Assembly: GCA_904063045.1 (NCBI GenBank)
Contig: CAJFCJ010000018.1
Coordinates: 930,001-994,000 of the forward strand
Origin: Dimorphilus gyrociliatus
Lineage: Eukaryota; Animalia; Annelida
Direction: 5' to 3'
DNA length: 64,000 nucleotides
The position numbers were made by a program, and so were the translations under genes. Position 1 is the first letter of the stretch. The number at the start of each line of letters is the position of its first letter. Shown piece after piece: positions 27,401 to 39,960 of the stretch. The notes beneath the pieces are model-generated. The model was not told where the DNA came from and searched no databases. It was given only the letters and a program-made list of their open reading frames with translations.

Positions 27401-28041
27401 CCTAGCGGAAGAAGATGCCGATAAAATGAATAGCTATTTCGGTCAACTTGAAAAAAGGGATGAAATTGAAAATAAAATGGCCTCCACATTCTCAGTCGAA
27501 TGTAAAGTAGTCTCCTGTAGTCAGTGTGGCTATTCTAGGGTTAGTAAACCCGGTAAAATATGTAAAGATGAGCGTCACGATCTAAAATGGTCAAAGGCGG
27601 AACGAAGATTTTTCAAATGCAAAGAGTGTGGAAATAGGACTACTAGCGTCGAAAGGATCCCTACTAAGCAATGCGATAAATGTGGTAGTTTAAATTTTGA
27701 AAGAACGTCTATGCTAATTGTAAGTTCTTTGATTATCTTCCTTTTTCCCACCTGTTTTTTCTTTTCACAGTGTTTTCTCTCCATTTTAATCTAGAGTCAT
27801 TTAATAGACCTTTAAAAATAGTTCTACCTTCATAAGTGTATAACCTTTAAAAAATCAAAGTGCAAAACCCTAGTTATATATAAAACTACTAGAAAATCCT
27901 ATTATTAGAATTAAAGAAATGAAATTAAAAAAAAAAAGAATTGATTAGAAATTAACATCTTTTTCCTTTATACAGGAAAGAAAACTTCCGCAACTTCCAT
28001 CCGAAGAATTGCATCTGACGACAGAGAAAGAAGGATTTTGA
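24439..28041 (+). CDS. MCM10: DNA replication factor MCM10 (OB fold, zinc finger, C-terminal zinc domain), head-to-head with CC2D1
   Basis: RNPKVSYDEMRRMM, DWVTMGVIV, LTIDNPKNLLLMGSSKDFGICK, CEVCEFH, KVVSCSQCGY, RRFFKCKECGNRT, CDKCGSLNFERTSML. The start at 24439 (MAENGGKE) was chosen by splice phase. Confidence 0.92.
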
Positions 28042-28309
28042 TTGTTTACAAAATAAAAAATATCGGATGCATATCTTAATCAGTATAATAAATATTTTAG
28101 AGGATATTACATTGATTATATACTCGATTTCTTGACAAGACAGTACGGATAACAGGGAAGGGGTTAAGGATAAAATGTTTTTTCTTTTGAGGTATTTCAT
28201 AAACATCACGTGACCTAATTGATTCGAAAGAACATTTCGAAAATTAGAAATTTTCTTTGAACAAAGAGTCGCATTGAGTTTTCCAAAATACCATATCTTT
28301 AAAGGATTA

Positions 28310-28963
28310 TTATTTTATATAATTCGAGCAAGATTCCCATTGATCCGAAACGTAATCGCTTCCAAGAAATTTACATATTTCTTCCATGTTTTTATCGGTT
28401 AGAGGTTTAACAATGACCCAACTACCAATATCTTTGATTAGTACTCCAACTAATGAATCGTTAGCATAGTAACCAACGCCCATCCTGTTTAACGGAGAAT
28501 TGCACTGTCCAATATAATATTCTTCCGATTTCATTCTATAAATGTTGCAAGGATTTCCGATGTTCATTCGCTTGACGAATAATTCCTCAGAATGAATCGG
28601 TGCCAAATGTGCAAACTCACTATTATCCTTTTCCGATTCATAAATGACCAAATCTTTGTCGATAATTTTACCATTTTGTGATGATGGACAATATCTTGAT
28701 GTCAAAACGTGTTTTCTACTAATCGGAGTCCTTGCACAAAAGTTCAACTTCTTGCTTCTTTTATCAATGTTAAAACCTTCCATTTTTATAATATCTCTAT
28801 AAATCGCAACTCGGCATGCTATGTCGACGGAACCGTCATCGTTTTTACATAAAGCGTCCACTATTTGAACGAAAATGTTATAGCCATGATCTATAGGATA
28901 GTTATAAAACGATCCTAAACTTAGCAGGGAAAAGAGCGTCAAAATCGTCGCGACATTTGCCAT
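28310..28963 (-). CDS. Intronless secreted protein, probable catalytically dead trypsin-fold serine protease homologue (217 aa)
   Basis: First ATG at 28963 gives a signal-peptide-like MANVATILTLFSLLSLGS. FCARTPISRKHVLTSRYC resembles FCGGSLIxxxWVLTAAHC. RMGVGYYANDSLVGVL resembles DSGGPLVCNGQLVGIV. Confidence 0.6.
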   Translation of the reverse strand: MANVATILTLFSLLSLGSFYNYPIDHGYNIFVQIVDALCKNDDGSVDIACRVAIYRDIIKMEGFNIDKRSKKLNFCARTPISRKHVLTSRYCPSSQNGKIIDKDLVIYESEKDNSEFAHLAPIHSEELFVKRMNIGNPCNIYRMKSEEYYIGQCNSPLNRMGVGYYANDSLVGVLIKDIGSWVIVKPLTDKNMEEICKFLGSDYVSDQWESCSNYIK

Positions 28964-29979
28964 CACGGGCTCGCGAATGACTGTAGCTTTCTCTATGCCG
29001 CTTGTAACGCCCACTTCTCTTTTTTTTTCCCTCTCCTACTCCCTTAGTGCTGTATTAATATTAATATTTGCGTCTACGCAGAAGTAGTAAGTTTCAATAA
29101 TTGGTTGATTAAGGTGTGTTCATTTAATAAATCCTCAAGAAAAAGACCGCCGGCATATATGCTATTTATTATTACAGAATAACAGATGCGTTAGTTGGTT
29201 ATTCTACCATTTGCAATTTTGACGCCTCCACATCTTTCTTTCTCTCTTTTAAACAGAAGGCAGAAAAACATAACACTTTAGACAAAACGACAAGTTGATT
29301 TTCTTTTTAAAAAGAAAACTATTTTTAATAGAATGTAATGTAAGAGTAGACACAAGCCTATTTAATGAGTAAAATTATATATTTGTTTTCAATAATTACT
29401 ATATTGTTGTTGTTTATTTGAATAGAGATCTTTTCGTAACTTTTACAAACTTCTGTTTAGATATATACTGTATACAGTATGTAATTCTATTGTAATTGTT
29501 TACACTATAGATTTAAATGGGCTATATAGTAAAAACTTTACAGAATACTTTTCCCATAATAAAGAATACACAAGTTCATCAACATAAGTTCTATAGGAAA
29601 CTCCTTAGACTTTCAAAAAATTCTACTATGTCTACAGCAGGATGTTGTATAAAGGTAAAAGTATGATTTATGATAATAAATTCTTTTCATTTTTTACATT
29701 TTCTTTATTTCTTTACATTCTATAATTTTTTTCAAGTATTCGTTCATCATCAAGACATTCAAAGAAATCCGAGCTATACCTATTTATATATCTATAACTC
29801 TCATATATTAATTAATCACATAGATGGATATATTTTAAAATAGTACCTTTCGTTATGTTTTAAATGATATTTAGGCTTAAAAATACCTCCTGCAGTTATA
29901 TTTTGTAGTCACACCTAAATCACGTGTATATCAACGACGGTAGAGAAAAATCAGAAACGATTCACATCAAAAGATACTA

Positions 29980-30346
29980 ATGGAAAGAATGAACAGAGAA
30001 CAAATTTTAGTCATTATTATTGTATTCTTCGCTCTCCTGACTGATTCTCTTTTACTCACTTTAGTAGGTAAAAAAATTTATGGCAATCATTTTTTGTCTG
30101 TTTCATTCGCTCTCTCTCTCATGCTTTCTCTTTCTTTTTTCTGTCTCGCTCTCTCTCTCATATATATATGTTTGGGTGTTTAGGGCCCAATCTATAACTG
30201 ATTGTCTTCCTTCTTTTTAAGATTAAAGAAAAAAAGATGATTATGGAGAGAAGGAAGAAACAGAAGGGGAGAGCCGGATACATATTTATATTTATATTTA
30301 TATTTAGATATATATACATTTATCTCATATGATATAATGAATGTAC

Positions 30347-30377
<31 letters not shown>

Positions 30378-33110
30378 CAGGCAGAGAGACAAATAAATGA
30401 ACAAAGGTTTAGCGCAATTTCTCTAATATTTTTTTTTTTCATATTCTTCAAAGATCCCATCTTACCAGATATGCTTGATAAAACAATCCAAGATAATTCA
30501 ACTGATAGTGTATCACTTATAAATCAAAATGGAAAATATGGTTTTCTAGTTGCTGCAAAAGGCGCCGCCCAGTTTGTGTCAAACCCTTTTGTCGGTGTAA
30601 TCGCTACAAGGTATTAATATTTTTTATATTATAAAAATTTCATGCTGGTGAGCTCTCCATCGAACGTTAGATGGCATTGTAAGAACTGATGCTATCTCTC
30701 AAATAAGCATGTTCTTAATGGAACACTTCCGTATATTTCTTTTTGAAGGTTTCACTTCAATAAATTTAAGAAAAAGAAGGCTAATAAATTTCTCAGAAAC
30801 ATGGGTTACAGCTATTATTTTTTTTAAATATTATCGAATACAACCTTGTAAATAGCTATACAAGAGATAATAAGAAAAAGCACTAAATGGGTAAACGAAA
30901 AATCAACTCTCGTATAAATGGAATATAATGACAAGAAAAAAAAAGTCATTTATGTTTTTTAAAAAAAAAAGAATAAGGAAAGTAATTGATAAAAAAAGGG
31001 AGAAAGTATGCTCGAAATGGAAATAAAGCTCATTATGTAGCACACTTAAATGTTTAGAACCAAATATCACTTAATAAGTTATAAAGTATCTAATGTAAAG
31101 TAAATTCTACTTATATGTATATATACAAGTTTATATAAATTTATTCATTTATTTTGTACATTGAATTGAAATATTTGTAAAATTATACAGATTCGGTTAC
31201 AAGAGACCTTTACTAGTTGGAAGCATTATTCTGCTGGCGTCGACCACCGCCTTTGCATTCGGTTCTAATTATGCTTTCCTGCTCGTCACTCGGTTATTAC
31301 AGGGTCTTTCCTCAGCCATCACTGCAGTTTCCGGTTTGTATAAAGAAAACAACCGCTAATATGCGACGCGTATGAAATATAATATAGACATTGTTCACCA
31401 ACAATTTCTCTCCACATTTTCTTTTTAGTAAAGATAAGAAATGAACAGTTTTCTTTTTCATAAAAAGAAATAGTTTACTTTTTTATAGATAAGCTTCCAT
31501 TTCTATTTATAAAAAAAAATTTGTTGCTTTTTATCCTTTAATTCAACACTTTACGTATCTATTTTTCCATAATCTCTTTGATTATCTCCTTTTTAGGAAA
31601 AGGGGAAAAAATTTGTCATGCCCCCGTAGAACTTATTATTATTACCTTTTTATAGTTATAATAACTAGATTAATTACGAAAATAGGTAAAAAAACTTTTA
31701 CTTATATCTACAATTTCTTCCTTGTTGAGTTTTTTTGTATCTATTTTTAACTTAATAGTATACTATTTTCTAGGTTAATCTTTGTTTTTGTTATTCAACA
31801 TCTACAATTTGCTAATGTTGACTACGAAATGAGAATTCTATATTTTATCCTCTTTCATGTTTCTCTTTTTCAAAGGAATGGGACTATTGGCTTCCAACTT
31901 TTGTCATCAAGAAGAAAGAGGTAAAGTGATGGGATTCGCGGTATCTGCTATATCCGTTGGAATTATAGCAGGGCCTATTTATGGTAGTTTGCTCTATCAG
32001 TTCTTAGGACAAGCTGCTCCTTTCCTGATCCTTTCCGGAATGATTTTCTTAGATATTATATTACAGTTGATTACCTTTTCAGTAGACAAAGGCTTGAAGG
32101 TCATAGATAAATATTAATTCAAATAAATAATTTTTAAATCAAATTTTATAAAAAATCATTCTAAATGAATCCTTATTTATCTATGAAAAAGGATCACAAG
32201 TTTACGTCTCTATGTCAGCTAATGGTAGATCCTTTGATACTTGTAGTCGCTGGAAATATGTTCCTGTTAAATTTAAATGTTTCTATGATACTCGCCTTTC
32301 TACCGCTTCGTTTGATAGAATTAAGTAATCCAGAGACATGGAAGTTAGGTGTAGTTGTTCTCCCAGCTTCAATAGGTTATCTAATCGCTGGTATTCTATT
32401 TCCGAGGATAACAAAATACGTTTCAAGGTGGATGGGAGGCTTATACGGTTTAATTTTGAGTGCAATAACACTTTTTATTCTTGCCTTTCTTAAGTCTTTC
32501 ATTGGGATGCTAATTGATACAACAGTTTTAGGAATTGGATTAGGTAAGATAAATATTATATTATATTAAAGATTAGCTGCTAATTCCCTAACCTAGGTTG
32601 GATAAGTACTTCGATGCAACCCATATTTGCTTTGATCGTCGATACACGTCATAAAAAGGTCTATGGTAATGTCTACGCTATTTCTGATATGGCAGTATGC
32701 CTGGCAATGTTTCTAGGACCTATGATTGGCGGAACAGTACTATTTGCTTTTGGTTTTGAAGTCCTAATTTGCTCAATTGCCATTATAGATGTATCGTTTT
32801 CCATGTTGTCTTTTCTTCTGAAAAATGTTGATCAAATGCAACCAATCGCCGATATCGATTCAGATTCCGAGAAAGAGGCAAATGAAAAACAGCCTCTCAT
32901 CAAGTTTTCTGACTCCACGAAAAGATGGCGAAGGACGTCATCTTCATCACAGGTACTCAAGAGGGTCTTTAATATTCTTAACGCATTTACCAAACTATTT
33001 TTAATATGTTTATAACTTCTTAGGTTGCTGAGACAATATCGTCTCATCCTGTTCCAAGATATATGGATAATTTGTCTGGTATAGAAAGATTATTTGACGA
33101 AATTGTATGA
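29980..33110 (+). CDS. SLC18A (VMAT/VAChT-like) vesicular transporter, multi-exon
   Basis: FALLTDSLLLTLVVPILPD, AKGAAQFVSNPFVG, EERGKVMGFA, GPIYGSLLYQFLG, DPLILVVAG, VDTRHKKVYGNVYAISD, GPMIGG. Last exon ends DEIV* at 33110. Confidence 0.88.
30340..30392. repeat. (TA)n/(GA)n compound microsatellite in an SLC18 intron
   Basis: Direct reading; similar GA tracts at about 44790, 46280, 46790 and 47837. Confidence 0.8.
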
Positions 33111-33449
33111 TATTCTGTTTTGAATATCATCACTTCTTCATTCTTCTGCTCTTGATAGTAGAAATTATATTAAAAAATGAATAGTTTATTTTTATCTGTA
33201 GTAATTTTAAATTTCAAATTTTTTTCAAAACACAAGCTTATTCAGTAAAGGAAAGAAAAAAATAAACATCATTCTGAGAGGGGAGGAAAGAGAGAGGGAA
33301 GGTGAATTTATTCACTAATTAAAGTAAAGAGATGTACATAATTTTTTATAATTGTGTAAATTCGAAAAACGATATAATTTAACTATTATAAGTTTGCTGA
33401 ATTCATGAAGTGTTCCACACAAACCAGACAGTCTATTTTTTTCCCAATT

Positions 33450-36400
33450 TCACAACATTCCAAAGCCTTTAGTATGAATAATAGCTTTTAATAGTCGTTC
33501 ACGAAGTTTATCCTTTCTCTTATAATCAGGTATTAGCAAAACATTGAAGCACGTATGTGCCGTCGGTAATCTGCATAATTAAAACAACAAGAGGGTTACG
33601 ACTGTTTCTATTTATATTTTCAATTGCATACCTATCTGAATCTGGTCCATTTCGAGCGATAATCAATTTTAGTTTTGACAAACCCCCAACCGGTACTCGG
33701 TCAGAACCCGTAGTAAACTGCAATAACTGCTTCTTTTGCTCTTCCGTGAATTCTTGATGAACCAATTCCCAGAAATGACGTATAGTGTCAGATTGTTGAT
33801 CATAACCTCCGTCGTATTCTGTGGTCTTCTCTAGTTCTTCAAAATTAAAATCCTAGAAAATAAGGATTTAAACGTTTATAAATAATAAATTTCAGATGTC
33901 AGCAAACTAAAAAGAGAAAGCATCCTTAGAAACGCTAGATAATAATATTAAAATTATCAATTTTCATCAAATTATCTTAATATGTTTAATAAAATAGTAT
34001 CAAGTCATAAAAACCTCGCTTCCGCAAATCAAAAGTTCAACTTCTTCTGGCCTGAATAATGTACTTAGCGGACTTTCATCCGTGACAAGTTTGAACCCTC
34101 TTCTAAACGCCGCAAATTGTCTCTCAATTCTTTTATTTAAAAGAAAGTCCGTATACAGTTCAACAAACTCCTACAATAAATACATAAAAATATACAAATA
34201 TATTTTTAATAAAAAATTAATTTTAATATTCTTTATAATATACCTCTCTATTTTCATTATTAACCAATATATTACAACCTCCCTCTTTCAAATCCACAGT
34301 TGGTCTTCCATCAAAGAGATCATCGTAAGTAATGCAGAAGGGTTGAATAAAATCATTCTCTACATCTCCTTCATAAACCAGCAATTGCTTAAGAGAGGAA
34401 GATATCACCTAAAATTAAATGAAAATTATTTTGATTTAATCCATCAGTCTTAACCTTTTCTTTCTCAAATTCTAATGTTTCTTACCGGGTAAACCCCACT
34501 TAAATCCGATAGTGTACCTAACTTTCCCATCAATTTTCGATAGACAACAGGTGGGAATCGAATATCTAATATTATGTTGTTATAAATTGCAAGCCCTAAT
34601 ACTATTCCTATTAATGTGAACTGGGCGTCATTTTCGAACGACGATGGGTTAAAGAAATAAGTTCGTGTTTCCTCAGAATAAATAAACATTCCTGAAAGTA
34701 ATTAAGATTAATTTATCGATTATCAATAAGTATTTTGAGATATTAGTCAATATACCGTAGTCAGGATTGAACAATTGAGCGCAAATAAGTTGAAAAAATT
34801 CTTTGCTTAAGCCTCCTTCATCAATACCTTGTTCACCTTCAAATTCCACATATAACTGCTTTCTTAATTCTGATGGATCTTCTGTTGCTGAAGCTTCTAA
34901 CTGTAAAAAAAAATTTCTTAAATGCCATCATGAAAAGAAAAGATAATTCATTTAAACAGACAGCAACTAGGGCATCGTCCACAATGTGCTCTCTTCGAAC
35001 ATGTAATTTTAAATAGGGCATCACTGGGACACTCTGAAAGAGAGTGTTGATTAAGGCTTGCCTCCTTTCGTTCAACATAGTCCATTTGTTTTCATAAAAC
35101 ATTTGCGTTACTTTAGCAGTCGTTGTTAATATAAAAGAATGAGCATAAAAAGAAAATTTGTCCTGCTTGTACTCAAGATAGTCATTGTCCAATTGTAACG
35201 CATCGCTTAAAGGTTCATTAATAAAGCAATCATAGTTTATCAATGGTTTTTTACAGTTTATAGGTTTGACTTTTAAAGCAGACGACAAAGGGTCATCTTT
35301 TACTGAAGATTGTTTATTGGTCTTAGGTGCAAAACCTGAAGAATTAGATTCATTCTCTAAAGCAGATGTTTCGGCTATTAGCAATTTTGGATCGTCGCAT
35401 TCTCCCCCTAAAATTGAAGCATAATAAAAGCATTTCATTACTACAGTTGCTCCCTGGACGCTTAAGTCACTTGCAACGTTTCTTTCATTGCTGAGAACTT
35501 TTAGTGTTATATATTGTAGAAGTGTTTGTATTAAGGATTCCAAACGTTTTGACGGCTCTGAGAGAGCGTAAAATCTTGCGAGCCGTTCTTGAACTGGAAG
35601 AGGTAGATTGGCGGCGACTTTGCATATACTTTTTAAGCCATCTTCCAAACAATCATGCACCTGCATGAATGGTAATTCTAATATAACGACGAAAGCATGA
35701 GCTATTTTTGAAGAGAGCTTCGAGGGCATTTTACTCGTCTTAAAAGTTATTGGAAGAGAAGTACTTAATTGCTCCAGACCGTGTATAATAGATGGCATAT
35801 AGTTACTTGCATCAAGTTTTAACAAGTCGTCATAGCTTCGTCTAAGGCTTGCAACATCTATACGAAAGCCAATTTCTTTATCAATCTCTTCTTCTTCTTC
35901 ATCAATTTCCATTCTTTTATAATCAGCCTCATTGATTTCTTCGCTTGGTAGAAAGCTATTACAAAGATTATCCAGAGTTGAAAATGCATTATACAATATA
36001 TCCTTCAATTTACTATAAGTTGTTTTCTCTTTGTTTTCTAGAATTTTAAGTATCAATTTTTCGCCGAGGAAATCTGAATACATAAAATTAAACTTAATAA
36101 ATTAAATTGAAAATAAATTTTATAACAACCATAATTGGACGTATTAGTGCAGGGTGATAGTTTGGCAACTTTGCTTGCAAGTGGTTCGCTTTCAAATACA
36201 TCGGACTTTCCAACAATATCTTCTGGTTGTGATATTGACGTAGTACTCAAAGAGTCATCACTTGCCTTTGCTGTAATGTAAGAGCATCTATCAGCTTTGT
36301 TCTTTACTAATTCTATAGCTTTTAAAGCCGCTTCGGATGGTTCCAAACGCAAACTGAAATTTAAGGTATTTTTTTACGATTGTGTAATCGCTTGAAATAA

Positions 36401-36598
36401 TCACATCTTACTTAAAGTTCTTATTGGAAGCACACATAGGTGTAGTGCAAGTCTCCCTCCCACAGCCAGTTGTTAATTGCTGATAGAACTGCTCTATTAA
36501 TTTTGCGACGATGCTTTTTTTTAAACTATCGAAAAAACGATCTTTGAAAACATAGAATAGAAAAATAATAAAATGTCTTACTCTGCTTCGGCTTCCAT
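33450..36598 (-). CDS. UBE3A: HECT E3 ligase UBE3A/E6AP with N-terminal AZUL domain
   Basis: AZUL: [30 protein letters not shown]: [50 protein letters not shown]...[12 protein letters not shown]. Confidence 0.96.
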
Positions 36599-37270
36599 AA
36601 TGTGAGTTTCTTTAATTCTGAAAAATTAAATTGAATAAAATGCTATTATTCAGTAAATTGTAAAATGCGGAAAAAGGAACCAGTCAAAAATAAGAAGAGA
36701 ACGCTTTGGGGAAAGTTGGCTTATAGTTTACTAGATTACGAACCTTGATCAAATACAAACTAGTGATAAATCAAATATTTGAAAAAAATGTTATAAATGT
36801 AACCACTTCATTATTCGATAATATTAGATTATAGAGAAAATTCCTTATGTTCTTAGAAAACGAGATCTCGCTTTTTCACATAAGAATCTTGTCCATTTGA
36901 TATACAACTTACAGAGTAAAAAAATATAATTTTTTAAATGCTCAAACTCCAAAAATCATATCTAATGATATAAATTTTCAAATTCTTTATCAAGGATATT
37001 TTATTACTTCCGGCTTCAGAGAATAAATTGTAAGAATATTCTGGTATAGATCGAATATTTCGCCCAGCATATTTGTTACTACGTAAACAACAGGGAATTT
37101 GTGAAAAATCTGTACCTCAAATTTGTCATCTACTGTTAAAATCTACTACACAAAACAGGTGAATTATATAATTAACTGATAACTTTCATACTTTATATAT
37201 ATAATTTTGTTTTTTAAGTGAGCAGTTTACTTGGAAATAAATTTAATTCGTCAAAATTTGAAAAATTATA

Positions 37271-37669
37271 ATGGCCGATGAAGCACTTGCAAAGGCCGGT
37301 CTGCACTTTGATGATCTAAATGCTATCAGAGTCTTGGAACCTCAAATATCTCAGGAAACTCTTGAGTTGAAAGAAGAATGTCACGATTTCATTGAAAAAA
37401 TGACCGAATTTAAAAGGATAGTTGCGGTATTCGTCGATGTTATCAATAAAGTTTCTGAAGCGGTTGAAAAGGAAAAGCTGAAAGCTATTGGATCCAGAAA
37501 TTTGTTAAAGAGTATGGAAAAACAACGCGAGGCTCAACAACAACAGTTATTAGCTTTGTTGAGTGAAAAAAAAATGCAATTAGAGAGGTTGAGAGTTCAA
37601 CATGAGGCACTGCAGAAGCAAGAAGCCGAACAGAATGATTTCATTGAACAGTTTATATTAAACAAATAG
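37271..37669 (+). CDS. IFT20: Intraflagellar transport protein 20, single coding exon, head-to-head with UBE3A
   Basis: [24 protein letters not shown]...[11 protein letters not shown]...[16 protein letters not shown]. Confidence 0.97.
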   Translation: MADEALAKAGLHFDDLNAIRVLEPQISQETLELKEECHDFIEKMTEFKRIVAVFVDVINKVSEAVEKEKLKAIGSRNLLKSMEKQREAQQQQLLALLSEKKMQLERLRVQHEALQKQEAEQNDFIEQFILNK

Positions 37670-37977
37670 GTAACAGAAAATTATTTATGTTATATTATAA
37701 TAATATATTCACTCACCTTGATTTCAATTTATTTATTTCTGTATCCTTGAGAAAGTGTAAATTAAATAAATTTCTCCTTTTCAAAAAGTATGCTCAGAAG
37801 TGAAGTACAGTTTTTCAAGTTTGTCAAAGCTTGCTGACAATACACTAATACTGCAACTGTAGATGTACTTTATACTATAAATTTATAATACGAATTTATG
37901 GCCTACGCGTACCAATACGTATAAAATCTTAGGATTAACATAAAACAAACTATTGCGGAAAAGCTAATTGATCAGAG

Positions 37978-38088
37978 ATGTGGACGTTTTTGATGCGTTG
38001 TTGCTGTCTGATCCCGCAAGAAGATGATCAAATGATGTTGGAGGAAGTAAGAGAAGATAACCCCTGTTATTACAGTTATAACATATGA
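37978..38088 (+). CDS. Putative small ORF (36 aa) MWTFLMRCCCLIPQEDDQMMLEEVREDNPCYYSYNI
   Basis: GC-enriched ORF in an AT-rich intergenic stretch, with an upstream acceptor-like TCTTAG (about 37932) and a downstream AATAAA (about 38159). No homology recognised. Confidence 0.3.
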   Translation: MWTFLMRCCCLIPQEDDQMMLEEVREDNPCYYSYNI

Positions 38089-38737
38089 ACAATTTTATAG
38101 AACTAAAACGTAATTGTTACAAAAGAATTGATAATATTAAGAGCCTCGTATGAGAACAATAAACAGCTGCATCCTTTGCCATAAAATCGCTTAACTTCAT
38201 TTATTTCTTTTCAAGAATTTTTACAGTTCATATTTTATTGTAAGTCAAAAAATAAAGAAATATAAAACTTTGAAACAGACCTTCAAATTGCTTCTTTTTT
38301 TCAAATATTATAAAAATTAGGTGACGTGTGCATTTTGACAGATGAACAGTTTGTCGTAGCCATTATTCGAGGTTTTTTAATGAGATAGTTGAATGCTTTT
38401 CAAAGATTTACACTATATAGTGAAATAATATTTTCTATATTAGAGAGTAAAATTCAAATGTTGCCTATTCATTACAAATAATTAGATCTTTTTCAAGTCA
38501 ATACTAAATCTCAGACAATACTTTCTTATACATAAGCATAGTCAAGTTCTTTTGGTGCAAATTTTGCGCTCTGATTCAAGTAAAACACTTAGTCTTGCCA
38601 AATAAACTGTTACGAAACTACTATCACCTGTTCCTCGCCCAAATCGCTCCACACATTTTAGGCAACGAACGGAAAACATTCGATTTAGGAAGTGAACAAA
38701 AATTTTCATAATATTAAGGAGAATATTAAATATAAAT

Positions 38738-39608
38738 ATGGGAAATTCGATCAAACCGCAAATAGAAAATGCACAGAAAACGGGAACATGTAATCTATCA
38801 AACAAAAAATTAACAGAGGTACATATTTTCATATTTTTTAGGAATGAATTACATTTTCGAACGGTTCTAAAATACGACTATTGCATTTTGCTTTATCTTT
38901 TTCTTCTAGTTTCCAGATCCATTAAATACTCTATCCAATCATCTACGAACACTCGATATATCAGATAACTCTATTGCAATTTTGCCAACAAGTATTGGAA
39001 GATTTGTTATACTAAAATCATTATCCCTAGCAAACAACAGGCTTAATCAACTGCCAAATGAACTTGGTAATTTAAAAAAAATGGAATCTTTGAATTTAAG
39101 CTTCAACAGACTAACAATGGTACCTCGAACGTTCAGCAATCTTAACTCTTTAAAGAAGTTACAAATAAACAACAATCATCTGACATCTTTTCCAGTAGAA
39201 ATTTGTAGTCTAAAGCATTTAGATTCAGTTGACTTAAGCTTTAATAAAATCTCTGCATTACCGGACGAATTAGGTAGTCTGAGTGCTCTTGAATTAAACA
39301 TGAATAGTAATCGACTAGCAAAATTGAGTAATAGTCTAGCCCAATGTCAAAGGTTAAAAGTACTTCGCTTGGAAGAGAATTGTCTATCGTTGGAAGCATT
39401 CAGCCCATCAGTGCTAAAGGAATCTAAAATATCATTGCTTCAGATAGAAGGCAATACATTTACTGAAAAACAATTTCGAGAATTGGATGGTTATGAACAA
39501 GTAAGAATTAAAATGAATAGCATCCCTTCTCCTACTTAAACGTTGCTCATGTTCTTTTTTTTTCAGTATATGGAACGATTTACGGCTACAAAAAAGAAAA
39601 TTTCCTAA
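38738..39608 (+). CDS. LRRC57: Leucine-rich repeat protein 57; exons 38738-38818, about 38910-39499, 39567-39608
   Basis: MGNSIKPQIENAQKTGTCNLS, LRR array, VLRLEENCL, GYEQ|YMERFTATKKKIS*. Confidence 0.94.
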
Positions 39609-39960
39609 AAATGCTTAAGATGCCTATTATCCTATTTTAACTATAACCATAATAATGACAAATATATATTGTATATTTCTATTTATTAATTAATATTGAA
39701 ATATATTTTAATAGTTGTCAGTATTTTTAATAAACTAAAAAATATACATAATAAAAATTGATAGATAGTATACATAAACAGTATATTATCTATTATGAAT
39801 TATTAAAAAGACGCTTTATTTTGCTTAAAATCTCGAGGTCTTAGTGTTCTGAATATTTTATATTGAGTAATTTCAAATTTTATTGTAAATAGATAACTTA
39901 TATTTTTACAAAGGTAAACTTTGGTATGCGCGTTAAGTTAAAGCACATTCTATCCTTATC

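Noticed and set aside
5682-37669. RAB28 and IFT20 as a ciliary gene cluster
   Set aside because: Only two ciliary genes, 31 kb apart among unrelated genes; chance is sufficient.
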